From: Comamonadaceae bacterium
GTDB lineage: Bacteria > Pseudomonadota > Gammaproteobacteria > Burkholderiales > Burkholderiaceae_C
Direction of reading: 5' to 3'
DNA length: 64,000 bases
Assembly: GCA_021298995.1 (NCBI GenBank)
Contig: JAJTGB010000012.1
Location: forward strand, 1,486 to 65,485
Shown here: piece by piece, positions 9,315 through 19,453 of the stretch
Numbering within the stretch: the first letter of the stretch is position 1
Layout of the letters: every line of letters begins with the position of its first letter
Notes under the pieces: generated by a model
The model's input: the letters and a program-made list of their open reading frames with translations, nothing else
What the model was told of the DNA's origin: nothing
Databases searched by the model: none
Position numbers and translations under genes: made by a program

Positions 9315-10790
9315 ATGCAACAAGATATCCTAATCAATTGGTCGCCTCAAGAAACACGTGTTGCGGTCGTGGAGCAGGGGGCTGTTCAAGAGTTGCATGT
9401 CGAGCGATCGTTGGAGCGAGGCTTGGTAGGCAATGTTTATTTGGGCAAGGTAGCCCGCGTTCTTCCAGGAATGCAGTCTGCATTCATTGACATTGGGCTT
9501 GAACGTGCAGCTTTCTTGCACGTAGCCGATGTGTGGCAACGACAGCCCGAAGGTGAGCCCCCCCAACTGGCCCGCAGCAGTCAAGCTTTGGTACCCATTG
9601 AAAAACAAGTTTTTGAGGGGCAATCCTTGATGGTTCAAGTGGTGAAAGATCCCATTGGAACCAAAGGCGCTAGGCTTTCAACGCAGATCAGCATTGCAGG
9701 GCGTCATCTTGTTTTCTTGCCCCAAGATGATCACATTGGTGTCTCACAAAAAATTCCATCAGACCAACGTGACGCACTCAGGGAGCGCTTGCAAAATTTG
9801 GTGGGTCAGCAGGGGGGTGGTTTTATTCTCAGAACCAATGCTGAAGATTCTTCTGATTCAGAATTGGGGGAAGACATCTCTTACCTTCGCAAAACTTGGG
9901 GGCGCATCAAAGATGCTTCAGTGCGATTGCCTGTTCAGTCTTTGTTGCATCAAGATCTCACACTTTTGCAGAGAGTTTTGCGCGATTTGGTGGGTGAGGG
10001 TACACAAACCATTCGCATCGATTCTAAAGAGCAATTTGAACTTTTGTCCGCTTTCGCCAAAGAGTTCATGCCAGATGCTGCCACCCGTTTGCAACTTTAC
10101 AAAGGTGAAAGGCCCATCTTCGATCTTTATGCCATCGATGAGGAAGTGGCCAAGGCCTTAGGGCGTCGTGTTGATCTTAAGTCGGGCGGATACCTCATCA
10201 TTGATCAAACAGAAGCGCTCACCACTGTGGATGTCAACACAGGCGGGTATGTTGGCGCGCGCAACTTTGACGATACGATTTTCAAAACCAATTTAGAAGC
10301 AGCCCATGCCATTGCAAGGCAATTGAGACTGCGCAACCTTGGCGGCATCATCATTGTCGACTTCATTGACATGAGCCGTGAAGAACATCAAAACGCTGTT
10401 TTAGACGAGTTTAAAAAACAACTGAGTCGTGATCGAGTGAAAACCATGGCGGGAGGATTTTCGCAACTTGGCTTGTTGGAAATGACTCGAAAGCGCACCA
10501 GGGAGTCTTTGTCTCACATGTTGTGCGAACCGTGCCCTAGTTGCGAGGGCAAAGGCATTGTCAAAACCACCCGTACGGTGGTTTATGACATTTTGCGAGA
10601 AATTTTGCGCGAAGCCAGGCAGTTCAACCCGCGGGAATTTAGGGTGGTGGCTGCGCCTGCTGTGATTGAACTTTTGCTAGATGAGGAGAGTCAGCATTTG
10701 GCGGCTTTGTCAGACTTTATTGCTAAGCCTGTTTCTCTTCAAAGTGAGGCTGCTATGGGTCAAGAGCAATACGACATCGTATTGCTCTAA
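9315..10790 (+). CDS. rng: Ribonuclease G
   Basis: VLPGMQSAFIDIG S1 domain, TTVDVNTG, GGIIIVDFIDM, CPSCEGKG; 491 aa. Confidence 0.95.
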   Translation: MQQDILINWSPQETRVAVVEQGAVQELHVERSLERGLVGNVYLGKVARVLPGMQSAFIDIGLERAAFLHVADVWQRQPEGEPPQLARSSQALVPIEKQVFEGQSLMVQVVKDPIGTKGARLSTQISIAGRHLVFLPQDDHIGVSQKIPSDQRDALRERLQNLVGQQGGGFILRTNAEDSSDSELGEDISYLRKTWGRIKDASVRLPVQSLLHQDLTLLQRVLRDLVGEGTQTIRIDSKEQFELLSAFAKEFMPDAATRLQLYKGERPIFDLYAIDEEVAKALGRRVDLKSGGYLIIDQTEALTTVDVNTGGYVGARNFDDTIFKTNLEAAHAIARQLRLRNLGGIIIVDFIDMSREEHQNAVLDEFKKQLSRDRVKTMAGGFSQLGLLEMTRKRTRESLSHMLCEPCPSCEGKGIVKTTRTVVYDILREILREARQFNPREFRVVAAPAVIELLLDEESQHLAALSDFIAKPVSLQSEAAMGQEQYDIVLL

Positions 10791-10831
10791 TTCAATTGGT
10801 TTGACTCTTGTTCAATGTGATTGACCCTTGG

Positions 10832-12628
10832 TCAAAGTGATTGGCCCTTGGCGTGCAGCCGAGAATAAGTGCCGCCTGCTTTCAGCAGATCTTCGTGGCG
10901 GCCTTGCTCCACAATTTCTCCCTGAGACATCACAATCACTCTGTCGGCGTGTTCAATGGTGGACAGTCTGTGCGCAATGATCAAGGTTGTACGGCCCTTC
11001 ATTAAATTTTGTAGAGCTTCTTGAACCCAACGCTCCGACTCATTGTCTAAAGCCGACGTGGCTTCATCCAAAATCAAAATAGGTGCATTTTTATAAAGCG
11101 CTCGGGCAATCGCCAACCTTTGTCGCTGCCCGCCTGAGAGTTCGTTTGCGTTGTGGCCAAGCACAGTGTCAATGCCCTTAGGCAGTTTAGCCACATGCTC
11201 TGACAGGTTGGCAGCCAGCAAGCAGTCTGCAACTTTGTCTCGGTCGATGGATTGACCCAATGCCACATTGGCTGCTACGGTGTCGTTCAACATGATGACA
11301 TCCTGGCTGACCATTGCAAATTGTTTTCGCAATGCGCCGAGTGGCCAATCTTGTACAGGGGTTCCGTACAAACGCACTTGTCCATTACTGGCCTGCACAA
11401 AGCGAGGGAGCAAGTTGACCAAGGTGGTTTTGCCTGAGCCACTGGTGCCCACGAAGGCCACAGTTTCTCCGGTCTGAATGTTGAGGTTTAAATTCTTCAA
11501 AGCTGGAGAGGCATCTGACGCATAGCGAACATCGATGTTTTCAAACTCAATTGTTTGGCCGAGTGCAGGCTGTCTTTGGCCATCATTTTTCACAGCATGT
11601 TGATGATTAGAGGAGCCTTCCGTTTCAATTTGAACTTCCTCCAACAAACGCAAGCCTCTCTCAAGTGCAGCCAAACCTCTGGTAATGGGTGTTGCAATGT
11701 CGGCCAAACGTTTGATGGGCGATACAAGCATCAGCATGGCTGCAATAAAAGCGACAAACCCTCCCACCGTGGCGCCTTGCATTCCCGTTCTGCTTTGAAT
11801 CAAGGCAACCACCAAAACGGTGGACAGGGCGACGGCCGCCATCAATTGGGTGAGAGGCGACATGGCAGCTGAGGCGATGGTTGACTTGAGCGCCAAACCT
11901 CTGAGGCGACGGCTTAAAGCCTGAAAACGAGAAATTTGACTGTCTTGGGCGCCATGCAACCGAACCACACGGTGTGCCAAGACGTTTTCTTCAACAACGT
12001 AAGCCAAATCGTCAGTGGCTTTTTGGCTGTCTTTGGTTAAGGTGTAAAGTCTTTTCGAAAGATATTTCATGATCCAGGCCGTGCCTGGAACCACGATAAA
12101 GACCAGCATGGTGAGTTTCCAATTTAGAAACATCAAATAAGCGACCAAGGCAATGAGCGTAAAACCGTCTCTGGACAAGCCCAAGAGTGCAGAAATGAGT
12201 TGAGTGGCCCCTGTTTGAACTTCATAGACCAATGTGTTGGACAGGGCGCTTGCAGACTGTTGACTGAAAATGGACATCTCCGCCTTGATCAATCGCTTGA
12301 ACAGAGCTTCCCGAAGTGCTTGCATGCCGTCATTGGCAATGCGCGCAAGGGCATACTGAGAGACGAAAAAAGCCAGGCCCCGCACCAAAAAAATTCCAAT
12401 GACTGCGGCAGGAACCACCCACAGAGGGAGGGTGTTTTCAGCAAAACCCTCATCTAGGAGCGGTTTAAAGAGGGCTGGTATGAGAGGTTCCGTGGCCGCA
12501 GCCACCACGGTAGCCAATATGGCAAGTGCCCAAACGCCTCGTTGTTGGCCAAAATAGGGCCAAAGACGGCGCATCCGTTTCAGGTAACTTAAGTCCTGTG
12601 GGCTGCTGTCGTGGGCGTTTTGTGTCAT
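10832..12628 (-). CDS. msbA: Lipid A export ATP-binding/permease
   Basis: ABC transmembrane domain plus GTSGSGKTT, LSGGQRQR, DEATSALD; start uncertain. Confidence 0.9.
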   Translation of the reverse strand: MTQNAHDSSPQDLSYLKRMRRLWPYFGQQRGVWALAILATVVAAATEPLIPALFKPLLDEGFAENTLPLWVVPAAVIGIFLVRGLAFFVSQYALARIANDGMQALREALFKRLIKAEMSIFSQQSASALSNTLVYEVQTGATQLISALLGLSRDGFTLIALVAYLMFLNWKLTMLVFIVVPGTAWIMKYLSKRLYTLTKDSQKATDDLAYVVEENVLAHRVVRLHGAQDSQISRFQALSRRLRGLALKSTIASAAMSPLTQLMAAVALSTVLVVALIQSRTGMQGATVGGFVAFIAAMLMLVSPIKRLADIATPITRGLAALERGLRLLEEVQIETEGSSNHQHAVKNDGQRQPALGQTIEFENIDVRYASDASPALKNLNLNIQTGETVAFVGTSGSGKTTLVNLLPRFVQASNGQVRLYGTPVQDWPLGALRKQFAMVSQDVIMLNDTVAANVALGQSIDRDKVADCLLAANLSEHVAKLPKGIDTVLGHNANELSGGQRQRLAIARALYKNAPILILDEATSALDNESERWVQEALQNLMKGRTTLIIAHRLSTIEHADRVIVMSQGEIVEQGRHEDLLKAGGTYSRLHAKGQSL

Positions 12629-12688
12629 TGAAATGATTTTACTGCGTGTCAAAATGCTAAATTAGCGGTGTACGGACCAATATTTCAT

Positions 12689-13990
12689 ATGAAGCACATC
12701 TCAATTTTCACCTTTTTCTTCCCTTTGAAGTGGTATTTGAGCGCCTCCTTGCTCTGTTTTTGCTTGGTGTCCAACTTGGCTTGGGCTCAGTTCAAAGTGG
12801 AAGTTTCAGGGGTTGGTTTGACGCAAGTGCCCATTGCCATTGCAACTTTCAAGGGCGAAGAGGCTGCGCCACAGAAAACCTCGGCCATTTTGTCTGCTGA
12901 TTTAGAAAGAAGTGGGCAATTTAGAGTGGTGCCCAATTTGGGCTTAACCATGGACGAACTTACTCGCCCAGATCACGCCATGTTGCGTCAAAAAAGTGCC
13001 GATGCCTTGGTGGCTGGAAGTTCAACTCGCTTGGCCGATGGCCGCTATGAAATTCGTGCCAGATTGTGGGACGTGGTGTCAGGGCAAGAGCGTGGTGACT
13101 ATCGCGAGACTGTCGCAGCGGCAGATTTGCGTTTGTCGGCGCACCGTTTGGCTGATTGGGTTTATGAAAAGCTCACGGGCGAGAAGGGCGTCTTTGCCAC
13201 TCGCATAGCCTACATCACCAAAACAACCAATAAGTACAACCTGTGGATTGCAGACTCTGATGGTGAGAACGCACAATCGGCCCTCACCAGTGGTGAACCT
13301 ATCATTTCGCCTGCCTGGTCACCCAAAGGAACTCAACTGGCCTATGTTTCCTTCGAGTCTCGAAAACCAGTGATCTACGTGCATGAATTGGCAACTGGCA
13401 AGCGAAAAGTGATGGCCAATTTTAGAGGTTCAAACAGTGCGCCTGCTTGGTCACCCGACAGCAACTCTCTTTTGGCCACACTGAGCCGCGATGGGGGTTC
13501 CCAGTTGTATCAAATTGATGTTGCCTCTGGTGTTGCAAAGCGCTTAACCCAAAATCCAGGCATTGACACTGAGCCTAGCTATTCGCAGGATGGCTCTAAG
13601 ATCTATTTTGTGTCTGATCGGGGTGGCAGTCCCCAAATTTACAGAATGAATGCCAATGGTTCTGGTGCCGAAAGAGTCACATTCACTGGAAGTTACAATA
13701 TCTCACCTGCACTCAGCCCAGATGGGCGGTGGTTAACGTACATCTCACGCGTTGGGGGGCAATTCAAAGTCCAAGTCCTGAACTTGAGTACTGGCCAAGT
13801 CAGCGCCATCACTGAAACTTCAGCCGATGAACGCCCTAGCTTTGCACCCAATAGCAAGTTGATCGTCTATGCCACGGTGCTGCAAGGCCGAGAGGCACTC
13901 ATGACAAGCACATTGGATGGCAAAATTAAAGCCAGATTGGCCGGTCAAGGTGGTGACATTCGTGAGCCTGCTTGGGGCCCTTACCGATAA
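12689..13990 (+). CDS. tolB: Tol-Pal beta-propeller protein
   Basis: Signal peptide, repeated SPAWSP.G units, YVSFES, FVSDRGGSPQIY. Confidence 0.95.
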   Translation: MKHISIFTFFFPLKWYLSASLLCFCLVSNLAWAQFKVEVSGVGLTQVPIAIATFKGEEAAPQKTSAILSADLERSGQFRVVPNLGLTMDELTRPDHAMLRQKSADALVAGSSTRLADGRYEIRARLWDVVSGQERGDYRETVAAADLRLSAHRLADWVYEKLTGEKGVFATRIAYITKTTNKYNLWIADSDGENAQSALTSGEPIISPAWSPKGTQLAYVSFESRKPVIYVHELATGKRKVMANFRGSNSAPAWSPDSNSLLATLSRDGGSQLYQIDVASGVAKRLTQNPGIDTEPSYSQDGSKIYFVSDRGGSPQIYRMNANGSGAERVTFTGSYNISPALSPDGRWLTYISRVGGQFKVQVLNLSTGQVSAITETSADERPSFAPNSKLIVYATVLQGREALMTSTLDGKIKARLAGQGGDIREPAWGPYR

Positions 13991-14011
13991 TTTAGTGAAT
14001 GTGGAGTTTTT

Positions 14012-14542
14012 ATGATCAAACGTAGTCTTTGGATTCTGGCGACAGCAGTTATTCTTTCCGCTTGTTCTTCTGGCGTGAAGTTAAACGATGTTCCTGTTGA
14101 GGACAAAAATGCCTCGGCCTCAACTTCTGCAGACGCCACTTCAGTCCCTAGCGCTGCCCAGAGCAGTGTGGCACCGGTTGTGAGTGGCAAGGCTGAAGCG
14201 CAAGGGGTGGCACCTGCTGGCGTCAATGTGATTTATTTTGATTACGACAGTTTCACCTTATTGCCTGAAGCTCGTGCCGTCTTAGAGCGCAATGCTGCCC
14301 ATCTTCAGGCTAACAAGCAATTCAAAGTTCAACTCGAGGGCCATACCGATGAGCGCGGTGGTCGTGAGTACAACTTGGCTCTGGGACAAAAACGTGCTGA
14401 GACAGTTCGTCGTGCTTTAACGCTGTTAGGCGTCAGTGACTCTCAGCTTGAGGCTGTGAGCTTTGGCAAAGAAAAACCTGCGGCTCAGGGTGCCGACGAA
14501 GCTTCTTTTGCCAAAAACAGACGCGTTGAAATTAAATACTAA
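14012..14542 (+). CDS. pal: Peptidoglycan-associated lipoprotein
   Basis: Lipobox LSAC, IYFDYD, EGHTDERGGREYNLALGQKRA, NRRVEI. Confidence 0.97.
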   Translation: MIKRSLWILATAVILSACSSGVKLNDVPVEDKNASASTSADATSVPSAAQSSVAPVVSGKAEAQGVAPAGVNVIYFDYDSFTLLPEARAVLERNAAHLQANKQFKVQLEGHTDERGGREYNLALGQKRAETVRRALTLLGVSDSQLEAVSFGKEKPAAQGADEASFAKNRRVEIKY

Positions 14543-14554
14543 TTGGTTTGTCCT

Positions 14555-15364
14555 ATGAGCTCACTTGCCAGTCGGTCCATCTTCAAATTGACTTTGGTCA
14601 TTGCATTGTCAAGTTTGAGCTTTGCGGCAAACGCCGCCTTGTTTGGCGATGATGAGGCACGCAGAGCCATCTTAGATTTAAGGCAAAGGTTAGAGGCGAC
14701 CCAGCAGAAGTTGGACGCAACTCAGCAAAGGCTGGAGACTACCCAGCAATCTCTGAAATTGCAATCTGAAGACAACGCCATCTTAAGACGCTCCCTGCTT
14801 GAACTTCAAAGTCAAATTGATGTTTTGAAAAAGGATCAAGCAGTGATGCGCGGCTCTTTCGAGCAGTTCTTAAAAGAACTTTCTGAAGTGCAACTCAAAC
14901 AAAAAGATGTTTTGCAAACCGTAGACTCCAGACTGAGCAAGTTTGAGCCCATCAAAGTTGTTTTAGACGGTCTGGAGTTTCTGGTAGATCCTGCAGAAAA
15001 AAAACAATTTGATGCCGCATTGACCGTTTTCAGAACAGGCGACTTTGCTGCCGCTCAAAACAGCTTGTCGGCTTTCTTGCTTAAATACCCCGCCAGCGGC
15101 TATGCGCCTTCTGCACTTTTCTGGTTAGGCAATGCGCAATACGCTACCAAAGACTACAAAGAGTCCATCGCCAATTTCCGCAAGCTTCTGACCATGGCGC
15201 CTGAGCACACTCGTGCACCAGAAGCCATGCTGGCTATCTCCAATTGCTGGGTAGAGCTCAAAGATTTGAAGTCAGCCAAGAAAGCCATGGAAGACCTGGT
15301 AAAGCTTCATCCATCCAGTGAAGCCGCACAAACTGCCAAACAGCGCCTGACTCGTTTTAAGTAA
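14555..15364 (+). CDS. cpoB: Tol-Pal system protein YbgF/CpoB
   Basis: ALFGDDEARRAILDLR, coiled coil, TPR repeats (FWLGNAQY); follows pal. Confidence 0.92.
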   Translation: MSSLASRSIFKLTLVIALSSLSFAANAALFGDDEARRAILDLRQRLEATQQKLDATQQRLETTQQSLKLQSEDNAILRRSLLELQSQIDVLKKDQAVMRGSFEQFLKELSEVQLKQKDVLQTVDSRLSKFEPIKVVLDGLEFLVDPAEKKQFDAALTVFRTGDFAAAQNSLSAFLLKYPASGYAPSALFWLGNAQYATKDYKESIANFRKLLTMAPEHTRAPEAMLAISNCWVELKDLKSAKKAMEDLVKLHPSSEAAQTAKQRLTRFK

Positions 15365-15370
15365 TCCGAT

Positions 15371-16474
15371 ATGAATGAGCTTCAACTGGCACAGTTGCAG
15401 TGGATGGTTTTGGCCGCGACTGCTTTGGTGTCACTCTTTCTGGGAGTTCTGTTGCATCGCTCACACTTCTGCACCATGGGTGCAGTCAGTGACATGGTGG
15501 TGATGGAAAATTTTGACCGTTTGCGCCAATGGGCTCTGGCTTTGGCTGTTGCCGTCTTTGGTTTTGGCTGCATGACCTATGCGGGCCTGATCAGTCCCCT
15601 CCAATCGATATACGCAACCAAAGATTTATTCTGGCTATCCACTTTGCTCGGTGGTTTGTTTTTTGGTTGGGGCATGGTATGGGCTTCTGGCTGTGGTTCT
15701 AAGTCTCTGGTCAGGTTAGGCGCAGGCAATTTGAAATCCTTGTTTGTCTTGCTTGTCATGGGACTTGTTGCGCTTTCGGCCATGAAGGGTGTGCTGGCTG
15801 TTGCCAGGGTTCAATACATCGATGCTGTCAAAATTGAAATACCTCAAGGCCTGTTCTTGGGAGAGTGGTTTAGCCATTATTTCAACACCAGCCTGCAAGC
15901 GGGTAGTTTGTGGGCTGCTTGCTTGGTGTCATCGATCTTGCTTTTATGGGTTTTGAAAGACTCAAGTTTCTTAACGCTGCATCATTTATCAACTGGTGTT
16001 GGGGTCGGTCTTGTCATTTGTGTGGTTTGGTTAATTTCTGGCGTGCTGGGTCACGGCATGGAACATCCTGAAACCTTGGAAGAGTTTTTTCTGGCCACCT
16101 CTAGCCGAAAAATGGAAGCGCTGAGTTTCACCGGTCCAGTTGCTCAGGCCATTGATGCTTTGGTTTACTTCAGTGACGGCACCAAGCGATGGACCATTGG
16201 TCTTGTCAGTGTTGTGGGTGTTTGTGCAGGTGCTTGGATCAGCGCTTGGCAGCAAGGTACACTGAGGCTTGAAGGCTTTACCAATGTGGCAGACATGCGC
16301 AGACATCTGGTGGGTGCAAGCCTGATGGGTTTGGGCGCAGTGCTGGCCATGGGCTGTTCAATTGGCCAAGGCTTAAGTGGATTTTCGACGCTCAGCTTTG
16401 CCAGCTTCATAGCCACTTTGGCCATCATTGCGGGCGCCTACGCTGCCTTGCAATACGACATGCGGCAAGCTTGA
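15371..16474 (+). CDS. YeeE/YedE sulfur-compound transporter family membrane protein
   Basis: Multi-pass; conserved Cys motifs HFCTMG, ASGCGS, AMGCSIGQG. Confidence 0.85.
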   Translation: MNELQLAQLQWMVLAATALVSLFLGVLLHRSHFCTMGAVSDMVVMENFDRLRQWALALAVAVFGFGCMTYAGLISPLQSIYATKDLFWLSTLLGGLFFGWGMVWASGCGSKSLVRLGAGNLKSLFVLLVMGLVALSAMKGVLAVARVQYIDAVKIEIPQGLFLGEWFSHYFNTSLQAGSLWAACLVSSILLLWVLKDSSFLTLHHLSTGVGVGLVICVVWLISGVLGHGMEHPETLEEFFLATSSRKMEALSFTGPVAQAIDALVYFSDGTKRWTIGLVSVVGVCAGAWISAWQQGTLRLEGFTNVADMRRHLVGASLMGLGAVLAMGCSIGQGLSGFSTLSFASFIATLAIIAGAYAALQYDMRQA

Positions 16475-17331
16475 TTGAGCCGTCAATTTCTCGATCGCAT
16501 TTTGTGAATCCAATACCACTCTCAAGTCGAAGGTTTGGTGGTATGGCCAGGCTGTATGGTGTGTCTGGTGCAGCTCAAATTGCCAATGCGCATGTCATGA
16601 TTGCAGGCATCGGCGGTGTTGGTTCTTGGACTGCAGAAGCTTTGGCCAGATGCGGCGTTGGTGAAATCACTTTGATCGACATGGATCACATTGCTGAGTC
16701 CAATATCAATCGTCAAATTCACGCTTTAGAGAGCACACTCGGTCAAGCCAAAGTGCTGGCCATGAAGGACAGAATCGCTCAGATCAATCCTGATTGCCAT
16801 GTGCATGCAGTGGACAACTTTGTCACGCCTGAAAATTGGTTGCAGATTGCAACTGATGCCAATTGCATTTCACCTCATCCTGCGAAAGTTAGCGCAGTGA
16901 TAGATGCGTGCGATCAAGTGAGAGCCAAAGTCACCATGGCAGACTGGGCCATTCGTCAGAATGTTTTCTTTGTGAGCTTGGGCGCTGCCGGTGGCAAAAG
17001 AGAAGCACATCGTGTAGAGCAGGCTGACCTTTCGCAAGTCACTCATGACCCCTTGCTAGCGCAGGTGCGCTACAGGCTCAGAAAAGAAAAGGGCGCCCCC
17101 AAAGATGGCAAAAAGATGGGTGTGCATTGCGTGTTCAGTCGTGAGAATGTGGCGCCTCCCGATGCTTCCTGCCTCTTAGAAGGTGATGCGCTTGGTGATG
17201 TGGAAGGCGACGGCTCACTCAATTGCCATGGGTACGGTTCGGTCGTGACCGTGACCGCCACTTTTGGCTTGGTGGCTGCCTCCATGGTGCTAAATTTTCT
17301 TGCAACTGGCTTGTCAAAGCCAAAAAAATGA
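16471..17331 (+). CDS. tcdA: tRNA threonylcarbamoyladenosine dehydratase (ThiF/E1 family)
   Basis: RRFGG..RLYG, GIGGVGSW..EALARCG, ESNINRQ, DPLLAQVR, VTATFG; start uncertain. Confidence 0.88.
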   Translation: MIEPSISRSHFVNPIPLSSRRFGGMARLYGVSGAAQIANAHVMIAGIGGVGSWTAEALARCGVGEITLIDMDHIAESNINRQIHALESTLGQAKVLAMKDRIAQINPDCHVHAVDNFVTPENWLQIATDANCISPHPAKVSAVIDACDQVRAKVTMADWAIRQNVFFVSLGAAGGKREAHRVEQADLSQVTHDPLLAQVRYRLRKEKGAPKDGKKMGVHCVFSRENVAPPDASCLLEGDALGDVEGDGSLNCHGYGSVVTVTATFGLVAASMVLNFLATGLSKPKK

Positions 17332-17340
17332 CGCTATAAT
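17311..17340 (+). promoter_or_regulatory. Sigma70 promoter for tRNA-Lys
   Basis: TTGTCA-N18-TATAAT ending 17 nt before the tRNA. Confidence 0.75.
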
Positions 17341-17357
17341 TTAAGGCTTGAGTAGAT

Positions 17358-17433
17358 GGGTCGGTAGCTCAGTCGGTAGAGCAGCGGACTTTTAATCCGT
17401 TGGTCGCGAGTTCGAATCTCGCCCGACCCACCA
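17358..17433 (+). tRNA. tRNA-Lys (UUU)
   Basis: GGGTCGG/CCGACCC acceptor stem, CTTTTAA anticodon loop, GTTCGAATC T loop, CCA end; 76 nt. Confidence 0.97.
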
Positions 17434-19453
17434 AATACTCAAACCCTTTTAAAACCCGTGCCTCTGACCAAGACAGCCACTGGGCTTCCAACTCTTCCAA
17501 TTCCATATTGACTGATTTAAGCAGTTTTCCGGTCTCGGCAATTTCGGCTGGCGAAAGCGGTGAGGCGAGTTTGCTTTCGAGGCTCAACTTTTGTGCTTCT
17601 AGTAGCGAAATTTTTTGGTCTGCTTGCTCAATCGATTTTTTCAAAGGCTTTTTCAGTGCCGACTTTTGTTGCCGTTGCAAAGCATCTTCTTTCTTTTGCT
17701 CGGGCGTGCGATTGACTTGCTTGGTGGCGATGATGACGGGTGCCACAGGTTTGACAGCTATTTCAACTGCAGGGCTGGTCAGGGTGATTGCGTGATTCAG
17801 TAAATCTTTTTGTGAGTCGCTCGCTTTGGCCTCTTCCCGAAGTCGTTTTGATTCTTCGAGCAAGTAGCGCTGGTAATCATCAAGGTCGCCATCGAAGGGC
17901 TTGATTTCACCCCGTCCCACAAGCCAAAACTCGTCGCATACAGCGCGCAGAAGTGCTCGGTCGTGGCTAACCAGCATAACCGTGCCTTCAAACTCATTGA
18001 GCGCCATGGAGAGCGCTTCACGCGTGGCTAAGTCCAAGTGGTTGGTGGGTTCATCCAGCAACAACAAATTGGGTCTTTGCCAAACAATCATGGCCAAGAC
18101 CAGCCTGGCTTTTTCACCCCCGCTCATGGAGCCAACACTTTGCTTCACCATGTCGCCCGTGAAGTTGAAGGTGCCTAAAAAATTTCGGAGATCTTGTTCG
18201 CGGCCAGACTGGCCTGGCGTAGGTCCGAGTTCTTTGACCAATCGAATCATGTGCTCAAGCGGGTTGTCTGCAGGGTGAAGAACGTCAAGTTCTTGCTGAG
18301 CAAAATAACCAATGTTCAAGCCTTTGCCTTCTGTGAGCTCACCCGATAGCGCTTTGATGCTTCTTGCAATGGTTTTGACCAGCGTCGATTTACCTTGTCC
18401 ATTGGCACCCAAAATGCCAATGCGCTGGCCGGCCAATACCGATTTATTGACTTGCCGCACGATGATCTTTTCTTCGCCATCTACTGAATAGCCCAGATTG
18501 GCATCGCTGATGGCCAGCATGGGATTGGGCAAATTGACAGGTTCTTTGAATTCGAAGGTGAAGTCTGCATCCGCAAGTACAGGTGCAATTTTTTCCATGC
18601 GCTCTAGCGCCTTCACTCGACTCTGAGCTTGTTTCGCCTTGCTGGCTTTGGCTTTGAAGCGGTCGATGAATTTTTGCAAATGAGCAATCTTGTCTTGTTG
18701 CTTAGAGAAAGAGGCCTGTTGCAATTCAAGTTGTTGTGATCTCAGCGTTTCAAACGAACTGTAATTACCACCATACCGATTGAGCTTCGCGTGCTCAATG
18801 TGCAAAGTGACATCTGTAACCGCATCCAGAAATTCTCGATCGTGGCTGATCACGATCATGGTGCCCACATAGCGCTTTAGCCAAGCTTCTAGCCAAACCA
18901 ATGCATCTAAGTCCAAGTGGTTGGTGGGTTCATCCAGAATTAACAAATCGGATGGGCACATGAGTGCACGGGCCAACTGAAGGCGCATTCGCCAACCACC
19001 TGAGAAGCTGTTGACGGGCTGATCTAACTCAGAAGTTTTGAAACCAAGACCTAATATAAGAGATTGAGCACGCGGAACCGCGTCATGTTCGCCAGCATCG
19101 GCCAGGTCGACGTAAACATGGGCCATTGCCATGCCATCTTCTGCGAGTTCAGCAGCGTGCAGTGTGGCCCTCAATTCTGCCAAGCGCGTATCGCCACCTA
19201 GTACAAAGTCTGTGGCACTTTCTTCTGTCTCCGGCATGTTTTGAGACACTTGGGCTAGGCGCCATTGCTTTGGCATGGAAAAGTCGCCGCCGTCTTCATG
19301 AAGAGTGCCATTGAACAATGCGAAAAGGGTGGATTTGCCAGCGCCATTGCGCCCCACCAAACCCACTTTTTCACCTGGATTCAAAGTGACGGAAGCAGCA
19401 TCGAGCAACACTTTGGCGCTTCTGCGCAAGGTGACATTTTTGAGTTGAATCAT
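17369..19453 (-). CDS. ABC-F family ATPase (YheS-like); 3' end runs abnormally into the tRNA
   Basis: Two ABC domains (GRNGAGKST, FSGGWRMR; GANGQGKST, MSGGEKAR), no TM segments, C-terminal coiled coil. Confidence 0.9.
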   Translation of the reverse strand: MIQLKNVTLRRSAKVLLDAASVTLNPGEKVGLVGRNGAGKSTLFALFNGTLHEDGGDFSMPKQWRLAQVSQNMPETEESATDFVLGGDTRLAELRATLHAAELAEDGMAMAHVYVDLADAGEHDAVPRAQSLILGLGFKTSELDQPVNSFSGGWRMRLQLARALMCPSDLLILDEPTNHLDLDALVWLEAWLKRYVGTMIVISHDREFLDAVTDVTLHIEHAKLNRYGGNYSSFETLRSQQLELQQASFSKQQDKIAHLQKFIDRFKAKASKAKQAQSRVKALERMEKIAPVLADADFTFEFKEPVNLPNPMLAISDANLGYSVDGEEKIIVRQVNKSVLAGQRIGILGANGQGKSTLVKTIARSIKALSGELTEGKGLNIGYFAQQELDVLHPADNPLEHMIRLVKELGPTPGQSGREQDLRNFLGTFNFTGDMVKQSVGSMSGGEKARLVLAMIVWQRPNLLLLDEPTNHLDLATREALSMALNEFEGTVMLVSHDRALLRAVCDEFWLVGRGEIKPFDGDLDDYQRYLLEESKRLREEAKASDSQKDLLNHAITLTSPAVEIAVKPVAPVIIATKQVNRTPEQKKEDALQRQQKSALKKPLKKSIEQADQKISLLEAQKLSLESKLASPLSPAEIAETGKLLKSVNMELEELEAQWLSWSEARVLKGFEYLVGRARFELATNGLKVRCSTD

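Noticed and set aside
10801-10835. TTGAC-N5-GTCAA palindrome at the rng/msbA junction
   Set aside because: Lies between convergent 3' ends and overlaps the msbA stop; more likely a weak hairpin than an operator.
17434-17460. Integrative element at tRNA-Lys or tRNA-Ser
   Set aside because: No integrase and no duplicated tRNA 3' end seen.
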